The notes beneath the pieces were generated by a model, which was not told the DNA's origin, ran no database searches, and was given only the letters and a program-made list of their open reading frames with translations. The position numbers and the translations under genes were made by a program. A stretch of DNA of 64,000 bases from Eledone cirrhosa (Eukaryota), in the NCBI GenBank assembly GCA_964016885.1, contig OZ024740.1, positions 356,500,001 to 356,564,000 on the forward strand. The letters run 5' to 3'. Below, piece by piece: positions 1-10,919 of this stretch. The first letter of the stretch is position 1. Every line of letters starts with the position of its first letter.

Positions 1-257
1 CAACACACAAAAACAAGATAGTTTAGGACAGAATAAGAAATCAGTTTGAGAGGAGGTCACAGAATGTGTGACTTTAATAATATATAAACAACCATCCGGT
101 TATTGAACCAACCAACCGGAAATGTATAACAAAACTGAAGTGTAAACCAAGAGATACGTGTTTTTATTGGCAACATAACCCTCCCAAAGTATAAAAATAT
201 CTGTTTCAACACACCTTTTCAGATAAGAAATCTTGCAAAACCAATTCAAAAACGAAG

Positions 258-289
<32 letters not shown>

Positions 290-348
290 TAGTCCAGAAT
301 TAGCCGTCGAAACGGCTTGAGCTCAGCCGTCGGGGTCTTACTTGTTCC

Positions 349-410
<62 letters not shown>

Positions 411-411
<1 letters not shown>

Positions 412-925
412 GAATGTAAATATAATGTATTTTGAATGCACTGTATGCTTAATTAAAAGCATTTTGAAGACCTTACGCTATTGTTTTAGAGTAGTGACAG
501 CCTCACTTACTTTAAATTTTCAGCAAACAGGGGGAGATAAAGCTGACATAGCTCTGTTTCGTAGTATTTGGTACTTATCAAAGCTAAGTACTCTACCTGT
601 CTGCTGAAAATCATGAATGTTTGATTCTTATGGAATTCTAGTAATAATCAAGAACTGATTATATAGAGCGGTTGCCGGTCAAGCAGAAACTAAAAATTAA
701 ATTGGTGCTCTGAAATAACGATATATATATATGAATGTAAATATAATGTATTTTGCAACACACTGTATGGTTAATTAAAAGCATTTTGAAGCCCTTACGC
801 TATTGTTTTAGAGTAGTGACAGTCTCACTTACTTTAAATTTTCAGCAAACAGGGAGAAATAAAGCTGACAGATCTCTGTTTCGTACTATTTGGTACTTAT
901 CAAAGCTAAGTACTCCACCTGTCTG

Positions 926-927
<2 letters not shown>
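411..927 (+). repeat. Direct repeat of ~195 bp
   Basis: 411-606 versus 732-927. Confidence 0.88.
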
Positions 928-988
<61 letters not shown>

Positions 989-1074
989 GAAAGTTATATT
1001 TAAAATTGTTGGGTTACAACTAGTAAATATTTATAACTGATATAAAAGCACTCGACAAATATTTGGAGTATATT

Positions 1075-1419
1075 TACAATATTAAATAAATGGAAACTAT
1101 ATTTATAAAACCATATCTATTTCATTATATATATTTCGGGGATATCATATTAACAATATGCTATGTCTTCCTCAGACAAAATACAATATAAACAGTTTTA
1201 TAGATAAATAGATTTGACATACCATAATAACACCGACTTAACCTCTTCAAATGCAAGTCGGTGTTATTATGGTATGTCGAATCTATTTATCTATAAAACT
1301 GTTTATATTGTATTTTGTCTGAGGAAGGCATAGCATATTGTTAATATGATATCCCCGAAATATATATAATGAAATAGATATGGTTTTATAAATATAGTTT
1401 CCATTTATTTAATATTGTA
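1075..1419. repeat. Inverted repeat with 165-bp arms and a 15-nt loop
   Basis: 1075-1239 versus 1255-1419, about two mismatches. Confidence 0.92.
1311..1376 (+). ncRNA. Type I hammerhead ribozyme-like motif (mirror copy on the minus strand at 1118-1183)
   Basis: tattttgt-CTGAGGA-[imperfect helix II with catatt/aatatg]-GAAA-tatatata-atgaaata. Helix I is 8 bp with two G.U pairs and the triplet is AUA. Confidence 0.65.
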
Positions 1420-2162
1420 TATATATATATATATATATAATAGTACAAATTTGGTATAACCCTTTAAGTACCGGTACATGTCACTGTTGTGACTAATTAT
1501 TTATAATTTCATTGAGCGTGGATTGTATTTACTTCCAGTGTAAGGTTAGAAAACCTTTACACTTTTGTATATTTTAATTATATATTGAATATTGATTGAT
1601 CGGTTTTATGTTGCAAACCAGCCCTTGCATATGTCTATGTATTTCTATATATATATATACATGTCTGAAAATGAATGGTGCAATTCTTTGTTGGCGCAAA
1701 TTCTAGTTGTTTGAATTCTGCCAACCAATCAGTGTGATCTTTCAACGACTGTCTGCTTCACTTTTGGAGTTCACGTGAAAGCACGATAGGTAATTGCTAA
1801 AATCGGAAAGCTTATCATCTCGCTAATCGTTTACTCCCAATAGATCGATATGTTATTGTCGAGCATCCTACTCATGAGTCGTCATTAGCCCAGATTCCAT
1901 AACATTTATCGATGTTACCTATTCGCCTGCATATGACAGTTCTAATAACTATTATAGGCGAATGATGGCGATGAAAAGAAATTCCGCCCGGGAAATAGAT
2001 CAGTGTAAACGATACCTGATAACTGCCGTAAAACTCACTAATTATGTTCGCTCTGGAATACAACGAGCAGTCTATCAACTACACACTTGTTACTTCATTG
2101 AGCGTGTGAGCACAGGCCGGCGGTCACTAGAATATGTTCGGTGATTTCCGTAATCTCTCTCT

Positions 2163-2246
<84 letters not shown>

Positions 2247-2431
2247 ATATATATATATATATATATATACAAGCAGGTATTGAACCAATAACAATATAGA
2301 CTTCGGCGAAATAGGAGAGTAGGAATTTATGGTCTCTAACATATTTCTGCGTTTATTTTATTAGTCTACATATGCTGACTACAATATATACTGTTCAATC
2401 ATAAGCAATACTTAATTATTTATCACATGTC

Positions 2432-2512
<81 letters not shown>

Positions 2513-3345
2513 TTATGTATATATGATCTTATGCTTTTATTATATTAATCTGTATCTTGTGGTCACATTTTCGTTTGAAACACATTTTCTCTATTATTTT
2601 TCTGAGAGTTGTTCTTGGTATGTATGTACTGTATGCATAACATTATATATATTAAGAAGTCTCCTCTATCTCTATGGGGAAACTTGCCGGTTGTTTATTC
2701 TGTTGTGTCCAAACTTACCGGTTAATGAAGAATAATATGTTTTCTGGAACAATTAGAAAAATGTTGTATGAACTACCATGGCGTTGATTGTATCTGTAAT
2801 GATGGCAGCTGCTAGTTCTATAAAGATTTCTTTGCCGTTTGAAAACGTTTATTTTCTATGTTGTGTTAACAAAGTTTTGTTTTATGTATGAATTATTAGC
2901 AATTTTGTATATATCATTTACAAAGATATGGATTTCAGTGACGAGATAATGATATTTCCTGTTTTGACACCGTTGCTGTCGTATTCCGACTGTGTCTGAA
3001 ATATTGTTATATCCATAAGATGATTTTGTTAAGCGGAATTGTTTCTAAAAGAAGAGGAGAGAGTATTGAAGTATCAATATATGAATATAGATAAAGAGAA
3101 CAAGAGATTTGAAACAATATGAAATAAGTATACATACCTAAGCTGTAAAGAGATGTCATCCGTATTTTAGTAGAAGAGTGCAATATAAAGCGGAATATAC
3201 ACAGTATCACAAATAACAAAAAGAACAGCAACAACGACAACAACAGCAGCAGCAGCTACGCCAACAACAGCAGCAACAACACCAAAAGCAACACCAACAA
3301 TAATAATAATAATAATTATTATTATTATTATATATATATATATAA

Positions 3346-3551
3346 GGGCGGTGGATTAGCAGTATCGGCAGAGAGTCCACGCCATGCTTTGCAGCAAAGA
3401 GATGCGGCCCTTTATGGTCTGAGTTCAAATCCCGCCGAAGTTAACTTTGCCTTTCATCCTTACGGGGTCGATAAAATAAAGTACCAGTAATACACTGGAA
3501 TAATTGCTGGCCTTGTGCCAAAAGTAGAAACAATTATTATTATTATTATTA
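3346..3551 (+). mobile_element. tRNA-type SINE, full length
   Basis: B-box-like gagttcaaatcc, body gcctttcatccttacggggtcgataaaataaagtaccag and an (ATT)n tail. More than ten related copies occur in the window. Confidence 0.85.
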
Positions 3552-4027
3552 TAAACAGCAACGAATCTAAGGAGGATCTTGAGAAGTTGAAGGAGAAGTA
3601 ATGATCCAACGGACCTTTTCTCCGTTGGCTATGGCTCACTCGTTTGATATATTGTCGGTATAACACCTGCCAGAGCAAAAACGTTACGAATGGTGATGAT
3701 GATGATGATGATGACAACAACAACAATAATAATAATAATAGTAATAATAATAATAATAATAATAATGATTTCTTTATTAACCACAAGGGTTTACATAAAG
3801 TAGACATTAAGGACAGTGCAGGACAATGCAGGACGGTACAAATGGGCATTTCTGCGTGTAAAAAAACAAAAACAGAGGATGTAACAAAAATAACAATGAA
3901 AATAACAATGAAAAATTCCCCAATAGGGGGGAGACTTCGGAGGGACATTTGTGGAGAAAGCCCAGTAAAAAGCCACAATGACCCTGACCACCAAGGCAAG
4001 TGCCCTTCCCAGTTTTCCACCTTTAAT

Positions 4028-7000
4028 TTACAGATATATACTCAGAGTAGGCCCATTCACTCGGGCCATTCTTGCTTCTCTCACCCATCTTTCAACAAAA
4101 TGCTGGGAAGAGAGCACTTCCCTCTCTACTCTGATTTTCCTTTTCAAATGAAATTTGAAAAAGTCAATCAGAGCATCACCGAAGAGGTAAGTGCTCGTCT
4201 TCAGCCCTTTCAAACGTGTCCACCATACTATCTCTTTCACCATGGCCACCAGGCAGATAAAAACTGCCTGCCCTTCCCGGCTAAAGGAGGAGGGCGGGGC
4301 AATCCTCACGATGGACTCAGATGATAGCCGGATCCGTCCTAAACGCGACAGCAGGTGTTCGACATAAACCCACAAGTCAGCAATTTTCGGACACTGGACG
4401 AGTGCGTGCAGGACGGTTTCGTCGCCCTGCGCGCATCTCGGACATGCCCGGCTGACGGCACCTCCATGCCTGTAGAGTTTATCCCGAACTGGCAAGGCTC
4501 CTCGGTAGCACTGCCAGGCCAGAGATTTCTGGAAGTTGTCCATAGGCCCTGGCCCGAAAGTTCTTCCGAAGAGATTGGCTAGTTGATTTTCGTCGACGCC
4601 TAGAGTTTCCCCAAGTACGTCATCGCTCTTCCCCTCCACTAATCCTCTATAGAACGCCGAGGTGGAGTTTCCACCGATCACATTGCCCGATTGGTCGAGG
4701 GCTGTGAGCGCCTGAAGACATTCCAGTCTCCAGGCGCTCCCTCTCGGTCTTCGCTTGACCCAGGACTGCAGCTCCGTCAAGGAAACGAGCTGGGGAAAAA
4801 CGCGTCTAGCAAACGGCGACCACACCTGATCACCGTCGAGGAAGAGGTGGAGATGTCGTAGCCTGAGCGCGTGCCTGCGCATCATCAGCCACGGCATGCC
4901 CAGCCCTCCACGTAGCGGGTGTTGACAACAGATGGACCGCCTGACCATCGGAGCACGTCCCTTCCACAAAAAGCGAAAGAGCAAACGCTCCAGCGCAGTC
5001 AGGCGAGGCTTAGGACAAGGTACGACGGTTAGGCGGTAGCAGATGACAGACGCGATGTACACGTTAGCCACCTCCGCTCGACCTTTCAGGGATAGCTTCC
5101 TCTCCGCCCATTTCTGGGTGAGAGAAGCCACCCTGCTCGTCACCTCGTCCCAGTTTTTGTCCGTCTGGAGGTCCGGACCGAACCAGACCCCTAGCAATTT
5201 AACCGGTCCGTCCGTCCAGCGCCCGACGACGCTGTTGGACGGCATGGACCTGCCTCTCCAGGTGCCGAGCTGCAGGCCCACTGACTTTTCCTGGTTGATC
5301 ATTGCTCCTGTCACCGCTTCGTATTCTCTTAGTGTAGTGCCGATCGCCTCGATGTGTTTGGCGTTCGACACCACTACGGTGACATCGTCCGCATATGCTG
5401 ACACGGATCTTCCGCATCCTAGTTCGCGCGGGACTCCCCTCAACGTCTCCAGTTTGTGCAGTAATGGCTCGAGAGTCAATACGTACAAGAGGGACGAGAG
5501 GGGACATCCTTGGCGGACCGAGCGCATGATGTTGAACGGTTCCGACAGGTGACCGTTCACTCTCACTACAAAGCAGATGTCGCTGTACATGGCAGCGATC
5601 CAGCCTCTGAAGACGGGCCCAAAGCCAGCCGCCCTCAGGACTGCCGCTAGGTAACGATGGTCGACCCTATCGAAAGCTTTCGACTGATCTAAATTGATCA
5701 AGGACCCACCCGTGCCAGGTTCCCTAGCTACCCTCTCTACGATGTATCGCATGAGGTGGAGGTTGTCGTGGATGGATCTGTCGGGAATGGCGCATGTCTG
5801 CGCCTCTCCCACCAGACCACCAACGACAAGCGCCAACCTCTTTGCTAGCACCTTGGCCAAAATCTTAAACTCTGTGTTTAGCAGAGTTATGGGCCGGAAA
5901 TTGTCTATGTTATCCCCCTTGTTCGGATCCTTTCTCAGCAGTGCCACCGCTCCTCGGCTCACAGAACTGGGAATTCTCCCGTTCTGTTGCCAGTTGCAGT
6001 AGACGTCCGCCAAGAGGCCTCCGAACAAGTCTGGCATCTGTACGTAAAGTTCATAGGGCAGACCATCCAAACCAAGCGATTTACCCCTTGTGCAGCCAGT
6101 CATTGCCTCCCGTACTTCAGCGGCTGTTATCGGCTTTTCGCAACACTTCGCCTCAGTGGCCGAGAGCCGCGGCAGTCCGTCGAGGTAGACACTAAAGTCC
6201 ATCCCTCTACCCGGCCCCCCGCTGCCCCCGAACAGCTGAGCGAAGTGTCGCTGAAAAGCTTCACACATTTGCCCGGGATCGAGTAGCATGCGCCCGTCGT
6301 GGTCCACCAAAGACCGGATCGTGGCTTTGTTGCCACGACGCGCCTCCGCCACTCGGGCCCATTGAACGGCTTTCGTCCCCTCGTGTCTGAGAGCACGCAC
6401 CCTAGCTCTGACAACGCAGCCTTCGTGCTTTGCATTGAAGAATTGGTCAAGGGCCAATTTCGCCGCAAGCACGTCGGTCGCAATGCCTTTGCTAAGCGCC
6501 TCGTCTAATTTTCTAACTAGTTCTCCCTCTGCTCTATTTTTCTCTATTGCTAAAGCCTTACTAAACCTAATCGATTCTATTCTAATCGCTCTTTTCAGAG
6601 CAAACCACCACTTGTTGTTGACGATGGCCCCCGTCAACGCCCGCTTAACTAGTTCGCTAATCCGGTCTCTGTAGGCCTTGCGCGCTGGTAAGGACGCGTT
6701 TAGCTTCCAGTAGCCGGGTCCTCGTCTATGAAGCCTATCTAAGTCAAGCACACAGGTCACGAATTTGTGGTCCGTGTAGCTGACTATCTTGAATTGTGGA
6801 CAGCCTATGCTAGACCTATCTATTTCCCTACAAAATACTCTATCTAGATATGATCTGGATGACCCTATGCGGTTTGTCCAAGTCCACATTGGCACATTCG
6901 GGAAATCCAATCGGTACCTGTCAGACAGTTCAAAACGCCTGAGCAGGTTGGTGAGGCTCTTGCACCCTCCACCCCTATCCGCTAATCCCACACAGTCCCA

Positions 7001-7447
7001 GCGTGCATCTAAGATCCCGTTCCAGTCGCCCACTAACACTAAAGAGCGGGACGTTCCAAGAAAGGTCTCCAGACGCCGGAAGAAATCAGACCGCCCTGCT
7101 CCTGTCGGGGCATAGACGGCCACTAGCCTGAAAGCTTGCCCGTCTCCGCTGGTCACGTCCAGCACCACCAGCTTACCCTCTGGGTCCAGGAAGATGGCCC
7201 GTATGGCGAGATCCAAACCTCTCCGAAAAAGCACAGCAACTCATCCACCCGATCCAGGACGGCTGGGAGATGCGTACACATCGTAGCCGCCGAAGATCGG
7301 TGCGAAGGCCCGTGCTTCGGAGATTCTGGTCTCGCTGATGGCCACTACATCTATGTTTAGTGACCTGAGGTCGTTGAGCAGGTGACCCTGCTTCCATGAC
7401 GACCCCAAGCCACGCGCATTTATGCTGCCTATTCTGAGTGAGGTCAT
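4028..7447 (-). pseudogene. Tx1 copy 1 ORF2: APE endonuclease, reverse transcriptase and CCHC finger, with one in-frame TGA at 7241-7243
   Basis: APE motifs SINARGL, AISETR, VYAP, GDWN, SYLDR, TDH. RT motifs FRPITLLN, DQSKAFDRV, QGCPLS, YADD. C-terminal CPRC..H..C. ORFs 7241-7447 and 4028-7234 are one frame joined across GGA-TGA-GTT. Confidence 0.93.
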
Positions 7448-7482
7448 GTTTAAAATAGAGTGGAAAAGATGGGAAAGACCAC

Positions 7483-9579
7483 TTACCGTACTTTTGGTAG
7501 AGGAGGGATGGTTTTTACATCCCTTTTCACTTGATCGTCTGGTGAAGGGACCGTTGAATCGTCCCTTCGGCTGGTCGTCGGCTCTTCTAAGAGAATGTCT
7601 GAATATACTCTTCGATTAATGGTTCCTCCTAGGTCCCTGAAATCACCAACTGCGTTGGGGAATTTCGTTTTAATGTTTGTGTATTGTTTCTGTGCTATTT
7701 TTAGCAGTCTTATGTTAGTTGGCGTTTTGATTGGTGCTGGTATTATGTAGTCCTGTTGTGAAATGTCTGTGTGTTCAATTATGTAAGTCATTAGTTTCTT
7801 GTTGTGTGTGTTTATTGCCGTGCATTTGTTTTTCTGGGGGTGGGGTGTGGTTCTGCTATTTTCTTGTCGTTGTTGCTGGGTGTGTGTGTTTTGTTGTTGT
7901 GTTTGCGATGTTGGTGCTTGTGGTGGTGGTGTTGAAGGTGTTGTTGGCGGTGGGGTTGTCGCCGGTGGTGATGGTGGTGCTGGTGTGGGTGGTGATGGTG
8001 TTGGTGGTGTTGCTGCTGTGGGTCTCTTTGCAGTAGACTTTACCCTTTTCTCATTTCTTTCCTCCCTTTTCAAAGGCGACGATGCGCTGCTTCTGCGTTT
8101 GTGCCTTCTTGCGACCTTTTGCCATCCCTCTCCCACCTCACACTCCATGTCTCATTCTGTAAGGTCGGGGAGGGGTACCAGCTCCACTCTTTCACTTGTT
8201 GTTGTTGGTGATGTTTGCACTGGAGTCTCTGTTGCAGCTGCATTTGGTATTGCTGTTGTTGTTGTTAATATTTCCACTGCTGCTGCTGTCTTTGATTTCC
8301 GTGGAGTGGGTATGGGTGCCACGGACCTATCGTTCCTGGTTGCCGCTTGTCCTGTTGCTGGTAGCCGTGGAGCCGGATTCGGAAGGAGGGGGGTTTTCTC
8401 CTTTCTCAGGGTCTTCTCGTTGCAGAAGGCCCTGAGGTGAGTCTTCGATCCACAGCGAAAGCATTTCGGGCGTTTGCCCTCAACACTTATGGGCAGTTGA
8501 GTGCCGTTATCGAAGTCTATCACATCCGGGATAGCTTCGATGCACTCCTGGTTGGTTTGGATTAGCATCTCAATGGAGGAGCCGACCCAATCTTCTATTA
8601 CTTTTTTCTGTACTTGCAGTACAGTTGTTTTGTCCTCGATTCCGACGAGGACAGACGCGGCCAGCCAAGAAGGGGTCATTCCGGGGGGGACGTGGGTCAG
8701 TTTGACCCTCACAATTTTTTGCCCGCAGTAGGAGGGCACCAACACCATTTCCTCGCTCCTTAGGGTCACTACGGATTGGGCCTTTGCCTCCTGGGGTGTG
8801 GCAAAAAGTACGTCTACGGTGGCGTATTTTTTGCCTCGGGTGATGTGCGTTTTCCTCTGCCACACAGACCCCAAGGCTTTTTGTATTTGGGCCTCTGTGG
8901 CTCTTTCCACCCTACGGGATTTTGTACTTACTGTACGGTACGTGACCGTACAGTGCTCTTGGGTTTCGAACAAATTTTTCGCTGCCTTGCAGATTGCTCG
9001 GTGTCCGTTCTTTGTCACCATCTTCTTCGCTTCCTCTAATTCCTCATTTGTTATGAGGATTGTTTCCAAGTTTTTCGCAATACCTGCAAATGAGATTGGT
9101 TTTTCTCTGCTGTTGTTGTTGTCGTCAGAGCTGCTGGTACTTTTGTTGTTGCTGCAGGTACTACGACTACTGCCTCCGCCGCTGTTGCTGTGGTTGTTGT
9201 TGGTGTTGCTGCTGCTAATGCTGTTGTTGTTTATGCTGCTGGTGATGCTGTTGCGGCTGCTACTGTTGTTTTCATTGTCACTGTTGCTGTTGTTATTACG
9301 GCTGCTACTGCTATTATTCCTGACGTCAGACGAATGAACTGGGTTTTCGTATTTCCCGCACACCTGTTTCGTCGCTGTCGTCGTCGTCGTGGAGAAACCT
9401 TGCACGCTTTGCACGAGACTTTTCTTTTCTTTCGTCGCTTGCGAAAGAGAAGGGAGGGAGAGAGACACATTTAAAGAAGGGAGGGAGAGAGACAATCTTC
9501 TCTCTGCTGTAGTGATGATTGAGGAAGAAGAAGACGGAATGAGTGGGAGTGACGTATGAAATTTCTTTTTGGTAGCCAT
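7483..9579 (-). pseudogene. Tx1 copy 1 ORF1 (gag-like nucleic-acid-binding protein), with a stop at 8152-8154
   Basis: MATKK start, zinc knuckle CFRCGSKTHLRAFC (CX2CX4HX4C), and Ser/Asn and Pro/Thr low-complexity tracts. The TGA here is TCA (Ser) in copy 2. Confidence 0.85.
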
Positions 9580-10677
9580 GTTTTTTTGTTTAAAATGAAA
9601 TTTTGGGTACAAAACCCCAATAACTGGTTATTTAACCCCGAAGGGCCAAATAACGGACAGAAAGACCCCTCTCACGAGGAGGAGGGTGTCTTTATCAACA
9701 ATTTGGTTCAAGTTTTAAACAATTTACAATTGTTTTAACGGTTAAAAATTACTATACCTTACAGAGCCGAGCCTCCGTCAACCATGGCATTCAATAATAA
9801 TAATAATAATAATAAACATAATAAAGAAGACGCACGAGGTGGTAGAAGGTCATGAAATCGCTCCCGTAAGTTTTGAATTTTTAACATATTTAAATCATTT
9901 GTGAAATAACAACTCTTAGTACAAATGTTACGTAAAGCATCCGGCTTGAGCCCCCAAAAAATTCGGACCCAAAATATATTGTTATAAGGCTCAAATATTC
10001 AAATATTCAACTTTGTATTGTACATTGTATATTCAAAAAAGAAAATGGCTATAAATGGAAGAAGAAGAACCCCCTCCTCTGTCTACACTATATAGAACAG
10101 CCAAACAACACCAATCTCACCAACACCAGAAACTAGATACACCACCTATCCAATAACCTCTCTGTGTACACTAAACACAACAGCCAGATAACGGCAACTT
10201 CACCACCACCACAACCAATCCCAACATAATAATGATAATAATAAATACTATTATTATTGTCCCAAGTTTTAACAAAATGTTTAATTCCAACATTAAGGGA
10301 ATTTATGTCAACACATGTACGCGACTAACCCCATAGATTCACCGAACGGACACCAGTAACGACAACGCCACCCATCCATCATTACTACCACTATCCCATC
10401 ACCGCCGCCACCACTCCTTCATTGCTACCACCGCTACAACACCATCACTACAGTAATACGATCACATCACCACCACCACTGCCTCAGTATCGACATCACC
10501 ACCACCACTGTCTCAGTATCGCTACCGCCGCTATTCTCTCCCATTGCTTCCTGCTAGTTGCTGCTAGCACAGCAGCAACACCACATTAAAGAATTCCTAC
10601 TAAAAAAGAGGAAGGCATCAAAATATATAGATAGACTCAAAAGAAAAAAACAAAAATCAAAACCAAAGCAGCACAGC

Positions 10678-10712
<35 letters not shown>

Positions 10713-10919
10713 AAAAAAAAACAAACAGAGAAAAGCAAAAACAAAACAAAACGTAAAGAAAATAAGAATGAAGAGAGAAACAAGCGGACGGACAGAGAAG
10801 AGAAGGGAAAAACTAAGTCAGACATTCGAACACTACATTACAATGAAACTTATGCTTATTCATTTTGGGGGGTTTTTCTGCCTGTTTGTTTGTTTGTTTA
10901 TTTGTGTTCGTCTACAGCG

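Larger units (their letters stand above)
3767..9792 (-). mobile_element. Tx1/L1-clade LINE, copy 1, apparently full length (~6.0 kb)
   Basis: Two ORFs separated by a 35-nt spacer. The 3' end reads AATAAAGAAATC then (ATT)n on the element strand. It is flanked by (AAT)n tracts at 3725-3766 and 9793-9814 and is near-identical to 16328-22339. Confidence 0.93.

Noticed and set aside
1660-2155. Possible promoter (CCAAT, CACGTG)
   Set aside because: Short motifs like these are expected by chance and there is no linked gene.
100-2735. ORFs rich in IY, ER, CV or TH dipeptides (also at 37868-38200, 52891-53592, 55457-56324 and 61492-61803)
   Set aside because: They are translations of (TA)n, (GA)n and (CA)n microsatellites, not genes.
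3346-3440. tRNA gene
   Set aside because: The B-box-like motif belongs to the SINE head and no cloverleaf forms.
7241-7243. Selenocysteine reading of the shared TGA
   Set aside because: The position is a conserved Gly rather than Cys, and I saw no SECIS in the short 3' UTR.
3644-9474. Many plus-strand ORFs over the Tx1 copies and minus-strand ORFs over the Dong copies
   Set aside because: They are antisense shadows of GC-richer TE coding sequence with no motifs of their own.
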